A stretch of DNA of 64,000 bases from Candidatus Omnitrophica bacterium UBA6249 (GTDB taxonomy: Bacteria > Omnitrophota > Gorgyraeia > Gygaellales > Profunditerraquicolaceae). This document shows positions 23,397 to 33,316 of the stretch, one piece after another. Every line of letters starts with the position of its first letter. The stretch's first letter is position 1. The position numbers and the translations under genes were made by a program. The notes beneath the pieces were generated by a model, which was not told where the DNA came from, did no database searches, and saw only the letters and a program-made list of their open reading frames with translations. The stretch is from assembly GCA_002441305.1 (NCBI GenBank), contig DJVT01000002.1, positions 16,335 through 80,334 on the forward strand, read 5' to 3'.

Positions 23397-24332
23397 ATGG
23401 GAATAAAAATACTTATCGCAGACGACGACCCGGATATAAGAGATGTCCTTAAACTGACGCTTGAAGAAGAAAACTATGAAATTACCGAAGCGCGTGACGG
23501 CGAGGAGGCATTAAAGATCATCCGCGCCAAGCCTTTGGACCTGGTATTGCTGGACTACAAAATGCCCCACATGGATGGCAGACAGGTATGTAATTTGATC
23601 AAAAAGGACCTTTTACTGCAGCATCTGCCGACAATAATGGTCACCGGAAAAGGGGAAATCAGCGATAAGATAGACGGAATCGACGCCGGAGCCGACGACT
23701 ACATAGTAAAGCCTTTCGAACCGAAAGAGCTGCTGGCGAGGATACGCATGGTCTTAAGGCGCACCCAAAGGGATCTGGAGGCAAACCCGCTTACCCGCCT
23801 GCCGGGGAATGTTTCTATCTTAAAAGACCTTTCCGTCCGCATAGATAAGAAATCCCCTTACGCCGTCTGTTACGTAGACTTGGATAAATTTAAGGCATAC
23901 AACGACAAATACGGGTTCGAGCATGGAGATGAAGTTATCCGGGAAACCGCACGCATATTGATCGGGGCGGCAAAAGAATATGGAAACCCCGGTGACTTTG
24001 TCGGACATATCGGCGGGGATGACTTTGTGGTAGTAACCACTCCGGATCTGTCCGATAAAATATGCGACAAAATAATCCGGGATTTCGACAAGATCTCTCC
24101 CTCTTTCTACAGCCAGGAAGACAGGGATAATGGCTTTATCATCGGCTGCGATCGCCAAAGCAATGTCCATAAAATCCCTTTGATTTCGGTCTCCATAGGG
24201 GTGGTAACCAACGAATTGCGGGAGATTACTCATGTAGCGCAAATCGGGGAGATCGGTGCGGAACTAAAAAAACTGGCAAAAAGCGTGGGCAAAAGCAATT
24301 ACGTAAAAGACAAAAGGCAGGGCAATGCTTGA
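23397..24332 (+). CDS. Response regulator with GGDEF-type (diguanylate cyclase) output domain, motif variant GGDDF
   Basis: 311 aa. Receiver domain (ILIADDDPD...LLDYKMP...KPF) plus GGDEF domain (RLPGN, YVDLDKFKAYNDKYGFEHGDEV, HIGGDDFVVV; motif codons 24012..24026). No RxxD I-site upstream of the motif. Confidence 0.85.
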   Translation: MGIKILIADDDPDIRDVLKLTLEEENYEITEARDGEEALKIIRAKPLDLVLLDYKMPHMDGRQVCNLIKKDLLLQHLPTIMVTGKGEISDKIDGIDAGADDYIVKPFEPKELLARIRMVLRRTQRDLEANPLTRLPGNVSILKDLSVRIDKKSPYAVCYVDLDKFKAYNDKYGFEHGDEVIRETARILIGAAKEYGNPGDFVGHIGGDDFVVVTTPDLSDKICDKIIRDFDKISPSFYSQEDRDNGFIIGCDRQSNVHKIPLISVSIGVVTNELREITHVAQIGEIGAELKKLAKSVGKSNYVKDKRQGNA

Positions 24333-24338
24333 AATTAA

Positions 24339-24419
24339 TGCGCGGGGGGGGAGTTGAACCCCCAAGCCTTTCGGCACAAGCCCCTCATGCTTGCGTGTCT
24401 GCCATTTCACCACCCGCGC
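24339..24419 (-). tRNA. tRNA-Leu (anticodon GAG), long variable arm, CCA not encoded
   Basis: Minus strand GCGCGGGTGGTGAAATGGCAGACACGCAAGCATGAGGGGCTTGTGCCGAAAGGCTTGGGGGTTCAACTCCCCCCCCGCGCA. Acceptor GCGCGGG/CCCGCGC, anticodon stem CAAGC/GCTTG with loop ATGAGGG, 13-nt variable arm. Confidence 0.85.
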
Positions 24420-24433
24420 GTAAACTGCATTCT

Positions 24434-24461
24434 ATTTTAAAGCATAACGCGAAATTGTCAA
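24434..24461 (-). promoter_or_regulatory. Candidate promoter of tRNA-Leu
   Basis: Minus strand TTGACA (24461..24456), 16 nt, TAAAAT (24439..24434), ~14 nt upstream of the mature 5' end. Confidence 0.4.
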
Positions 24462-24494
24462 AATCTTTCTTGCGGCACGCAGCCTATAAATTGC

Positions 24495-24523
24495 TTGTGA
24501 AAAACAGACACGCAGAATATAAT
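24495..24523 (+). promoter_or_regulatory. Candidate promoter of the MoxR-DUF58 operon
   Basis: TTGTGA (24495..24500), 17 nt, TATAAT (24518..24523), followed by RBS AAGGAGG and ATG 24558. Confidence 0.45.
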
Positions 24524-24557
24524 GCTTTCAGATCTATATAAATAAGGAGGCTGGCAA

Positions 24558-25484
24558 ATGGGTAACGAAGCTATCTATAAGCTTATCGCAAACATCGAGA
24601 AAGTTATCATCGGAAAGACAGAAACAATTAAAATGCTGATCATCGGCTTATTGACCAACGGGCATATTCTGGTAGAGGATATCCCGGGGATGGGAAAAAC
24701 CATGCTCGCCCTGACTTTAGCCAAATCGGTAAGCGGGGATTTTAAAAGAATCCAAGCCACCCCCGACCTGCTGCCTACAGATATCACCGGGGGCTTTGTT
24801 TACAGCCCCAAAACCGGAGAATTCGACTTTAAAAAAGGCCCTGTCTTCGCGCATATCCTTCTTGTGGACGAAATCAACAGGACTACGCCTCGTACGCAAT
24901 CAGCCCTGCTCGAATGCATGCAGGAATACAAAGTCACCGTGGAAGGCCTTACCTACCAGCTTCCCACCCCATTTATGACTATCGCCACGCAAAACCCTAT
25001 CGAATACCAGGGGACATACGTGCTTCCCGAAGCGCAGATAGACAGATTTTTGATGAAAATCAATGTAGGATACCCCTCTCTGAACGAAGAAATCAAGGTC
25101 ATTTCCGAACAAAAAATCAAACACCCCGTAGAAAGCGTTATGCCGGTCATGAATCTGGATGATGTTATAAAACTTCAGGAACAGGTTAAAAAAGTACAGG
25201 TTTCCCCTGAAGTCCTCGAATATATAGTCAAACTGGTCTCTTCCACGAGAAAATCCGATGCGGTCAAACAGGGGGCGAGTCCGCGCGCTTCAATTGCCAT
25301 CATGAAAGCCAGCTGCGCCTGGGCTTTTATCGAAGGCAGAGATTATGTTATCCCCGATGACGTCATCAAGCTTCTCCCCCGCGTATTGAAACATAGGATC
25401 ATTTTGCATCCGAAAGCGATAATTTCCGGAATTACGCCCGAATCCGTTATCGATAACATATTGAAACAAATCCCGATTTCTTAA
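24558..25484 (+). CDS. MoxR-family AAA+ ATPase
   Basis: 308 aa. Walker A EDIPGMGKT, Walker B LLVDEINR, and typical MoxR/AAA_3 regions (ATQNPIEYQGTYVLPEAQIDRF). Confidence 0.9.
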   Translation: MGNEAIYKLIANIEKVIIGKTETIKMLIIGLLTNGHILVEDIPGMGKTMLALTLAKSVSGDFKRIQATPDLLPTDITGGFVYSPKTGEFDFKKGPVFAHILLVDEINRTTPRTQSALLECMQEYKVTVEGLTYQLPTPFMTIATQNPIEYQGTYVLPEAQIDRFLMKINVGYPSLNEEIKVISEQKIKHPVESVMPVMNLDDVIKLQEQVKKVQVSPEVLEYIVKLVSSTRKSDAVKQGASPRASIAIMKASCAWAFIEGRDYVIPDDVIKLLPRVLKHRIILHPKAIISGITPESVIDNILKQIPIS

Positions 25485-25494
25485 CCTTAATAAT

Positions 25495-26727
25495 ATGCGT
25501 AAGAAGTTCCTGGGAAAATGGCTTCTTTTTCTCCTCCTTCTCGGGTTCAGTCTGTTTATGAGCCTGAAGACGCCGTTCATAATCTTCTGCCTGCTCTTCT
25601 GGATATTCCTTTCCGTATTCACCATCAGCTTCTCGTGGCTGGCGGTCGTGTTCTTGTGTGAAAGGGTACAGCTGGAAAGAAAAACAACGCTCAGGGTAGA
25701 AGAAGACGATACCCTAAAAATATCCCTGGACATAAAAAACGGCGGGCTGCTGCCGGTATTCGATATTATCCTAAAAGACTCCTTAACCTGCGCCAGCAGT
25801 CCGGAAAAAGATGTATTCATGGTACCGGAAGTGCTCATGCCCGGGGCAACCTGCAGGCTTGAATACGGCTGCCTATGTCCCCAAAGAGGCAGATACAATA
25901 TCGGCCCCATAACCGCCTATTTCTTCGACCCCCTGGGAATGTTCTATTTTAAGAAAGTGTACCGCCTGTATTCTGAAGTATACGTTTACCCCAGGACGTT
26001 CCGTATCCGTAAATTCCCGTCTCTGAACAAAGGCACCTCCCCCCTGCTCGGAGTAGAAACTTCGCGCGTCAGCGGGGACGACGATGAATTTTACGGAGTA
26101 CGCGAATACAAACGGGGAGACCCCTTAAAAAAAATACACTGGATGGTATCGGCGCGTAAAAATCAGCTCATCGTAAAAGAATTTCAGCGTCAAAGCTTCT
26201 TCAGGGCAACCATAATGTTCAACCTGAACAAAGAAGAAAACCTCGGGGAAGGAAAAGAATCGGTTGCCGAGTATATCGTAAAAATAGTCGCCTCGATCGC
26301 AAAATACCTTACCGACCTGGGCGTATCCATTGAAATCATATCCCACGCAGGCGAAGTCGTATGCATCCCCTTCAACAAAGGACAGGAACACCTGGAGGAT
26401 ATAATGAAATTCCTTACTATCGCCCAGGCGGAAAGCAGGATCAGCTTATTTGAGCTTTTTACCACCTTCCAACGCAATATCCTGGAAGATTCAAGCTTGA
26501 TTGTGGTGATGTCCGACAAAAATAAAGCCTTTTTATCGACCATGCTGTCTTTAGGGGTGCAGAACGTATCGCTCATACCTGTACTTATCAAATCTTCGAC
26601 ATTTGTTAAGGGAGCCGGCGCGCAAATCCCCGGGAAAGAGCATGAAACCGGGATGCCGGAAAATATAAACCTTAAACCTATTTATATAGCACGTAAGGAT
26701 AACTTGGCGGAAAAGTTCCAAACATAG
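25495..26727 (+). CDS. DUF58 domain protein (MoxR partner)
   Basis: 410 aa. Two N-terminal TM helices. DUF58 signature GDDDEFYGVREYKRGDPLKKIHW. Confidence 0.85.
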   Translation: MRKKFLGKWLLFLLLLGFSLFMSLKTPFIIFCLLFWIFLSVFTISFSWLAVVFLCERVQLERKTTLRVEEDDTLKISLDIKNGGLLPVFDIILKDSLTCASSPEKDVFMVPEVLMPGATCRLEYGCLCPQRGRYNIGPITAYFFDPLGMFYFKKVYRLYSEVYVYPRTFRIRKFPSLNKGTSPLLGVETSRVSGDDDEFYGVREYKRGDPLKKIHWMVSARKNQLIVKEFQRQSFFRATIMFNLNKEENLGEGKESVAEYIVKIVASIAKYLTDLGVSIEIISHAGEVVCIPFNKGQEHLEDIMKFLTIAQAESRISLFELFTTFQRNILEDSSLIVVMSDKNKAFLSTMLSLGVQNVSLIPVLIKSSTFVKGAGAQIPGKEHETGMPENINLKPIYIARKDNLAEKFQT

Positions 26728-26730
26728 GAC

Positions 26731-29424
26731 ATGGAAAGAAAAGAACATTTCTCTTATCTGGAGCACCTGCTCACCTTCCTGCTTTTTATCCCGCTCCCCT
26801 TTTTATTCCCCGCGGAAGTGCTGCCTTTGCGCCTTTTCCTGTGCGGGGGGGTAATCATTGGGGCAATAACCGCTTACATAAGCAGGGAAAAGTTCTGCAC
26901 TTTCAGAAAATTCGCCACTTTAACCGTAAACCTGGCGATCCTCTCCGGAACCCTGTATTACGTGCTAAACTCATCATTTTTATACAGAGAAGTTATCATA
27001 ATATGCATCAAAAGCCTGTCTCTGCTTATTGTCGCAAGCAGCTTCAGCTCTTTCCAGCAAAGCTATCTTAACTCCATGCAGGTCTTCTGCATTCTTCTCT
27101 TCCTCTGCATATGTGCCCTGGCGAAAAACTATAGCGGGTTATTTCTCGGGCTCTCTTCCGGGTTCGCCCTGACCTTGCTGGCGGTAACCAGGGCTAAATT
27201 CCATGCCCTTTTCGCAAATCCGCAAAAAATAAAAAACAAATACCAGGGGATAAACGCGCTCTTCGTAATCATTCTTATCCTATCGGCACTGCTGGCATGG
27301 ACGCTATTCTTTAGATTCCCTCTTGGCAAAATAAGCACTCTCGAAGCCCTGAAGGAAGAAGACCTCACCGCGACAGAAGAATGGGAAAAAGAAGACGGAG
27401 AGTCTTTGCCGGAAGAACAACTCCAGAAAGAGCTTACTGAACTGACCTTCAAGCTCTCCTCTACCGACGAAATGCATAAACTCCTGGCCGGAATACAGGA
27501 TTTGATAGCGAAAAGAGAACAATTCGCCTGCGAGGTAAACGCGGCTAAAAAAGAGATCCTGGACATACTTGAGAAATTGATCATTGCCGAAGACGCAAAG
27601 AAAGCAAAAGAACTGTATAAAGCAGTGAAGCTATATACGGATAAAAAGACAACGGATAATCTTTCCGGAATCAAGAATCAAATTAAGGAAACAACCGAGG
27701 CCAACCGCGCCAGCCTGGGGCAAAAATTTGCCATATTGAACGCGGTAAACCGGCTCGACTACAGCGATTCCGCTTCGAAGCTGGACGCAAACGACCAAAG
27801 ATCTCGGGACGCGATCAACCGCAGCTTCCTGAATGAACAGGCAAAAAGACAATTGAGGCAACTCGAAAAACAGTTCAAAGAATGGAAAGCATACCAGCTG
27901 TATTCTCAAAAACTCTCTTCCCTGCAGAAAAAAATAGCCGCCATGGACCAAAATGAATCATACGGCCTTTCGGACTTAATAAACCGTATCGATGATTTTA
28001 AAACGGATTCCGGATACGGAATGATAAACGACCTCATTAAAAAAGAGGCTGCGGAAATACCCCCGGAACGGAAAAAGGCGCTGGATGAAATGCGGCAATT
28101 GATCGGGTTAAAAAAGATCCTCCTCTCTTCCAAGGAAATGGGACAGCTGCGCAAGAAACTCGAAGAATCCGGACAACAAATAGACCGACCCCCGGAACTC
28201 GAAGAAGCGCTTGATGCCATAGAAGAATCCCGCAACCCCGGGGAAATCCTTGAGAAAATCAACAAACTCGTAGAACGCATACAGAAAGAACGCTATTTTC
28301 AAATCTCCGGGGAGACAAAAGAAATAATCAAAGGGCAGCTCGAGGATCTAATCAAAGAATCAATAAATAATTTAAAAACCGAAATAAAACAGGATGGGCT
28401 GGCCGATTCCGGAGAAGACCTGCTTAAGGAAATTAACAAGATGAATACGGCCCGCTCAGAAGAAGAACTGTCCTCCCCTGCTTCTGAAATCAAAAAGCTG
28501 CTAAAAGAGCTGGGGGCCCAGGGAAGAATCGACGAAGCAACAGAAAAAAGGCTCACAAGGATGGCGGAAGAAACAGGACAGCTTATTGCCGCTCGTATCA
28601 AAATGGAAAATATGGACAACGGGCAGGAAGAACGGGATAACGAAAAGACGCTGGACTACAAGAAAGAGACGGATAATTTAATAGACAAGACGCGCCTGGA
28701 AAAAGCCCAGAAAGAACAAATAAACAAACTTATGGAAAAATTAAGGGGCGCTCAGACAATAAATCAGGTTAAAAATATAGTTGAAGCGATTAATAAAGAA
28801 CTGGAATTATCCGGGGAAAAAAGCGGGGAGATGGATAAATTCAGGGACCTTTTGAATAAAGAAGCGGAGACAAAGAAAATGCTCATCATGGAACAAGAAG
28901 GCCGTAACCTGCGGGAAGAAATAGAGGCTTTAAAAGAACTGTCCCCACAGCAAGCAGCTGTGCTGGAGGATAAGCTGGATACCCTGAAAGAAAGTAAAAA
29001 CGAAAAAGATGTGCTTATGAATGCAGATGAGCTTAAGAATGTTTCGGAGTCTGACCAGCTCAAAAAAGACATCATGTCTTCTGAATCGGCGGACATTCCA
29101 AAGGACGATAAACAACAAGGGGAGCTAAGGATAGAAATACTGCCTGCCTACGCTATCCTGCCTATCGACGGCAGCATCGGGTTAAATAATGTGGCGATTT
29201 ATGATAATTTCATCAAAGAAATTTCCCCTGAATTGGAGTGGTCCTCTTCGCGCCCTAACGTAGTCTTTGTAAGCCAATCCGGTATTGCTTACGCCAAGGG
29301 CGCCGGAGAGGCGGAAATAACCTGCAGGTATAAAGACACGATAAGCACCAAATGCAAGATTACGGTAGTCGGGTCTATCCCGGAAGAAGAATTCAGCATC
29401 ATTAGGAAAGAGGCGGCAAAATAA
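26731..29424 (+). CDS. Polytopic membrane protein with ~600-aa K/E-rich coiled coil and C-terminal Big_2-like domain (897 aa)
   Basis: The first ~200 aa carry several TM helices. They are followed by a long heptad-like E/K/L/Q region. The C-terminus SPELEWSSSRPNVVFVSQSGIAYAKGAGEAEITCRYKDTISTKCKITVVG resembles a bacterial Ig-like group 2 domain. Confidence 0.7.
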   Translation: MERKEHFSYLEHLLTFLLFIPLPFLFPAEVLPLRLFLCGGVIIGAITAYISREKFCTFRKFATLTVNLAILSGTLYYVLNSSFLYREVIIICIKSLSLLIVASSFSSFQQSYLNSMQVFCILLFLCICALAKNYSGLFLGLSSGFALTLLAVTRAKFHALFANPQKIKNKYQGINALFVIILILSALLAWTLFFRFPLGKISTLEALKEEDLTATEEWEKEDGESLPEEQLQKELTELTFKLSSTDEMHKLLAGIQDLIAKREQFACEVNAAKKEILDILEKLIIAEDAKKAKELYKAVKLYTDKKTTDNLSGIKNQIKETTEANRASLGQKFAILNAVNRLDYSDSASKLDANDQRSRDAINRSFLNEQAKRQLRQLEKQFKEWKAYQLYSQKLSSLQKKIAAMDQNESYGLSDLINRIDDFKTDSGYGMINDLIKKEAAEIPPERKKALDEMRQLIGLKKILLSSKEMGQLRKKLEESGQQIDRPPELEEALDAIEESRNPGEILEKINKLVERIQKERYFQISGETKEIIKGQLEDLIKESINNLKTEIKQDGLADSGEDLLKEINKMNTARSEEELSSPASEIKKLLKELGAQGRIDEATEKRLTRMAEETGQLIAARIKMENMDNGQEERDNEKTLDYKKETDNLIDKTRLEKAQKEQINKLMEKLRGAQTINQVKNIVEAINKELELSGEKSGEMDKFRDLLNKEAETKKMLIMEQEGRNLREEIEALKELSPQQAAVLEDKLDTLKESKNEKDVLMNADELKNVSESDQLKKDIMSSESADIPKDDKQQGELRIEILPAYAILPIDGSIGLNNVAIYDNFIKEISPELEWSSSRPNVVFVSQSGIAYAKGAGEAEITCRYKDTISTKCKITVVGSIPEEEFSIIRKEAAK

Positions 29425-29433
29425 AACTGTAAA

Positions 29434-31581
29434 ATGATAAGAAAAATCCCTGTTTTTATACTGTTTATATCCCTGTTCTGCCTGGGGCGGCTTTACGCAA
29501 AACAACCTGTCAGGGAAAAGATAATCCCGCAGGGGAGGATTATTTCCGGGTTGAGCGAAGAAGAGGCCGTCGAAAAATACGGCATCCCTTCTTATGTTAA
29601 AGAAAGGCTATGGCTTTACGACGGAAAAGAAAAATTATATATATACTTTGAAGATACCCCTAAAATATACCTTTACCCGCGCTTTGTCCAAGGCTATATC
29701 GGGTCTCCTTTAGAATTCAAAACGTTATACGATTCCGGAACGGTCACGGACGTAACTTCTCAGTCGGAATTGATTTTAGACAAACCAAAATATTTCGATG
29801 CCAATGGCACAGGAGTCTTAACCCCCAAGAAAACAGGAGAATACCAGGTCATTGCGGAATATAAAGGTCAATATAGCAACGCCGGTTTTATTTCTATATC
29901 CGAAAGCCCGCAGGACAATTCCTCGGAAGAGCGGCTTTTAAACATAGATATTTTCCCCGCTAAGCCATACGCGAATGTAAATACAGTTGTATATTTTTAT
30001 GCTTTCGGGACCTTCACCCTCAAAGGCCATTATTCGGTCAGGGAAATAACCCGGCAGGTAGACTGGTTCGGAGAACAGGACGGAAGGACTTATAAATTGA
30101 AGGAATCGAAGGTCTTTTTATCGTCTTATGGAAAATATAGAGTATTTTGTAAATACAGAGGGCTGCGGAGCGCTTCCCGGGAAATAAGCATTAGTACAAA
30201 ACCTGCACGGATGAACAAAACCTTAAAACAAATCGACGCCCTCCCCTCAAATGTATATATTGCGCGTCAAACCAGCGTGCCTTTCCGCGCTATTGCCAGT
30301 TATGAAGACAACAGCGTGGAAGAAGTAACCGATAAAGTACGTTGGGCGATAAAGGACAAATTGCTCCTGGAAAGGGCTTCGGATAATGTCTTTGCCGCAA
30401 AGGGTATAGGGATAACCGAACTTCAGGCGGTTATGGGCGGACTGCGCAGCCTTCCCGTTAAAGTGGTAATATCCGGTTCCCAGATTAAGAAAAAGCGCTC
30501 CAATAAAATACGGCCTCAAAAGAAAGAAAAGGAAGAACTGCTCGAGGGAATAAAAGAAGATGTCCGCATGCTGCATAAAAAGGTCACTGAAAGCAACAGT
30601 TTCAAATATATAAAAATTGCCCCTTCCTATTGCTCCCTGCCGGCAGGGTCACGGGAACAACTTTTAGCCTTCGGCGTACGCAGGGATAACAGCGAAGAGG
30701 ATATAACTATCCTTGGAGAATGGCATGTCTCAGATCCCGAAGTAGCCTCCGTGGAAAACGGAACGATCAAAGCCATCGTTCCCGGGGAAACAAAAATCCG
30801 TTTTAAATATAAAAATATGGAAAGCGCATATATCCCCGTTATCGTGGGAGAAGCAAGGTTAGTCTCAATTAACATCTCTCCCCGCCAGTTGACATTGACA
30901 AAAAACGAATCCCCGTTGCTGCAGGCAGAAGGTTATTTCGGGGATTCATCCCATAAAGACATTACCTCCCTGGCGGCATGGACAAGCGAGAATCCCCGTA
31001 CGGCAAAGATGGAAAGAAACCGCATACGCCCTGCAAGAATAGGAAAAACCAGGATTTTCGCTGAATACTCGGGGGTAAAAAGCATCCCCGCCGATGCGGA
31101 AATAGTGAAAGAAAAATACTGGCTCCTTAAACTCCTCCTGAAAATAGCAATTGTCATACTTTCAATTATGGCGGCGTTATTTTTATACTCCTGCCTGATG
31201 ATCGAAAACGCAAAAATGGAGATACTAAAGCTTTATGCCGATCCCCGTAAACTAATCATAGCCCTTTATAAAAACCTGCAGGCAATAACCGCCGTATTCG
31301 GGTTCAAACAACAATCATGCACCCCTCCCCTGCTTCTGGCCGCTTCCATAGACGATAAATACTTTCCGGGCGAGAACCTGTTCTTGGACTTCACCCGGAA
31401 ATACGAAGAGGCTAAATACAGCTTACACGAAATTACTGCGGAAGGATCTGCTGCGGCGCTCGATGAATACAACCGCATCGTAAAGTCTCTTTTGGGCAAA
31501 CAAAAAGCGGGCGTGCTGTTCTATGCTTATTTAAAATCCTATGCGGGGAAAATCCCGTTTTTTATAATAAAAAACGGCTAA
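29434..31581 (+). CDS. Secreted/anchored protein with ~5 Big_2-like repeats, a TM segment and DUF4129-like C-terminus (715 aa)
   Basis: Signal sequence MIRKIPVFILFISLFCLG. Repeated modules end in ...GxxxIxAxYxGxxS (for example TGEYQVIAEYKGQYS, GKYRVFCKYRGLRS, GITELQAVMGGLRS, GETKIRFKYKNMES, GKTRIFAEYSGVKS). TM helix LLLKIAIVILSIMAALFLYSCLMI. Tail ...DFTRKYEEAKYSLHEITAEG is DUF4129-like. Confidence 0.7.
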   Translation: MIRKIPVFILFISLFCLGRLYAKQPVREKIIPQGRIISGLSEEEAVEKYGIPSYVKERLWLYDGKEKLYIYFEDTPKIYLYPRFVQGYIGSPLEFKTLYDSGTVTDVTSQSELILDKPKYFDANGTGVLTPKKTGEYQVIAEYKGQYSNAGFISISESPQDNSSEERLLNIDIFPAKPYANVNTVVYFYAFGTFTLKGHYSVREITRQVDWFGEQDGRTYKLKESKVFLSSYGKYRVFCKYRGLRSASREISISTKPARMNKTLKQIDALPSNVYIARQTSVPFRAIASYEDNSVEEVTDKVRWAIKDKLLLERASDNVFAAKGIGITELQAVMGGLRSLPVKVVISGSQIKKKRSNKIRPQKKEKEELLEGIKEDVRMLHKKVTESNSFKYIKIAPSYCSLPAGSREQLLAFGVRRDNSEEDITILGEWHVSDPEVASVENGTIKAIVPGETKIRFKYKNMESAYIPVIVGEARLVSINISPRQLTLTKNESPLLQAEGYFGDSSHKDITSLAAWTSENPRTAKMERNRIRPARIGKTRIFAEYSGVKSIPADAEIVKEKYWLLKLLLKIAIVILSIMAALFLYSCLMIENAKMEILKLYADPRKLIIALYKNLQAITAVFGFKQQSCTPPLLLAASIDDKYFPGENLFLDFTRKYEEAKYSLHEITAEGSAAALDEYNRIVKSLLGKQKAGVLFYAYLKSYAGKIPFFIIKNG

Positions 31582-31588
31582 AAACATC

Positions 31589-33316
31589 CTAATGTATAAG
31601 CAGATTGAGCGAGGCACCGGTTACCAGGGCGACAATAAACATAATCAAGAAAGCCTTGAGTAAATCCTTTAAACCGAGCTCTTTCAGGAATACGAAAAAC
31701 GTCGCTACGCAGGGAAACGATACTGCTAAAAGTACGGCGGCAATAAATAACTGTTTAACATTAAGGGAAAGCGGAATAAGCATTCCCGCTGCCACATCTT
31801 TTCTAAACAACCCCATCACTAAAGCTACCGCCGCCTCTTTGGGCAGGCCAAATACACCCGTTATCAACGGAGAAAAAATACCTGTAACCAGGTCAAAAAG
31901 CTTAAAATACAAGAGCAGATTGATTATCAACACCCCCAGCAGTACCAGTGGGGCGGCTTCAAACAGAAATCCTTTGATGCGCAAAAAAAGTTTTTTCCAT
32001 AGAGTAGAGAATGAGGGCAGTCTATAGGGGGGAATTTCCACCAAAAGCTCCGGGCTGTAACCTTTGACCGTATGGTTCAATATCACCCCCAGCACAACCC
32101 AGATAACAAGCAACACCAAATATACCCCCGAAACATAAAAACCCGAAAACCTGCCTAAAAGTCCGAAAATCATAGCCTGTAACGCCACGCAGGGCACGCC
32201 GATGGAGATTAAAGTGGCGGCGATAAAACGTTCGCGTCGTGATTCCAGGTTACGCGTAGCAAGTATCCCGGGGACATTGCATCCCAACCCCAGCAAAACC
32301 GGTATAATCGCAAAACCATGCAGCCCGATATGGTGCAAAATGTTATCAAAAAGCATCGCCAGGCGGGGCAGAATCCCGACGTCCTCGAGTATGCCCAAAA
32401 CAAGATAAAAAGAAATGATATACGGCAGAACCATGGCAAACTCGATATAAGGAGCGGTAGTCAAAAGCCCGAGAGACTGTTCGAAATCGATTTGCCCTCC
32501 GATAAAATCCCCGATAAGCAAATGATGTAAGAAACTTCCCTGCCCGAGGAAGGAACTGAGCTTATCCAATAAAGGCTGGTAAAAATTGACAAAAAAGGGG
32601 TCCGCTATCCTCCCGATCAGGATTTCCCCGATGAACCGCACAACTTGGAAAGCGACAAATATCGTCCCGGCAGCTATCAGCGAACCGCTGAAAGGCCTTA
32701 CCGAAGCATCTTCCAGTATCTCGCGTAAGTTATGATGCCGGTGGGAAAGACGCTGCACCTGCTCAACGATTAAACCGATTGCCTGCCAACGCTCCTGATG
32801 CCCCGATTTAACCCTGCCGCAAGCCTTGACATTCTCTAGCTTGTCAATCAGCGTTTTTATCCCCAGGCCGGTTACCGCGCAGGTCGGGACTACGGGAACC
32901 CCGAGAAGCTCCTCCAATTTGGCTACCTCGATGCTTACGCCATGATGTTTAGCCTCATCGCACATATTCAAACAAACCATTACCGGCAGGGACTCTTCAA
33001 GCAATTGCAGGGTAAGATAAAGATTGCGTTCCAGGTTTGTCGAATCGACTATATTGATAACCGCCGTGGTGCCTCTATCCGATTCGTTAAGCAGGGAAAT
33101 TACCGCTTCTTCGGCTTTTGATCCCGGTTCGAGGGAATATGTCCCAGGCAAGTCAATAACCTCTATCTCTCTTCCTCCGGACCTTAAAAACCCGCGCATT
33201 ATTTCTACGGTAGTGCCGGCATAATTGGAAGAAATCACCTGGACCCCGGTAAGCCGGGAAAAAACCACGCTTTTGCCCACATTAGGGTTACCGACCAAGA
33301 AAATCTTCTTAATCAT
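31589..33316 (-). CDS. feoB: Ferrous iron transporter FeoB
   Basis: G-domain MIKKIFLVGNPNVGKS, DLPGTYS, with a polytopic C-terminal part. ATG 33316 overlaps the feoA stop; the track start 33331 is a TTG. Confidence 0.9.
   Translation of the reverse strand: MIKKIFLVGNPNVGKSVVFSRLTGVQVISSNYAGTTVEIMRGFLRSGGREIEVIDLPGTYSLEPGSKAEEAVISLLNESDRGTTAVINIVDSTNLERNLYLTLQLLEESLPVMVCLNMCDEAKHHGVSIEVAKLEELLGVPVVPTCAVTGLGIKTLIDKLENVKACGRVKSGHQERWQAIGLIVEQVQRLSHRHHNLREILEDASVRPFSGSLIAAGTIFVAFQVVRFIGEILIGRIADPFFVNFYQPLLDKLSSFLGQGSFLHHLLIGDFIGGQIDFEQSLGLLTTAPYIEFAMVLPYIISFYLVLGILEDVGILPRLAMLFDNILHHIGLHGFAIIPVLLGLGCNVPGILATRNLESRRERFIAATLISIGVPCVALQAMIFGLLGRFSGFYVSGVYLVLLVIWVVLGVILNHTVKGYSPELLVEIPPYRLPSFSTLWKKLFLRIKGFLFEAAPLVLLGVLIINLLLYFKLFDLVTGIFSPLITGVFGLPKEAAVALVMGLFRKDVAAGMLIPLSLNVKQLFIAAVLLAVSFPCVATFFVFLKELGLKDLLKAFLIMFIVALVTGASLNLLIH

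Noticed and set aside
24329-24541. 70-aa ORF MKLMRGGGVEPPSL...
   Set aside because: It overlaps the well-folded tRNA-Leu on the opposite strand and the MoxR promoter region. It has a TTG start and no RBS.
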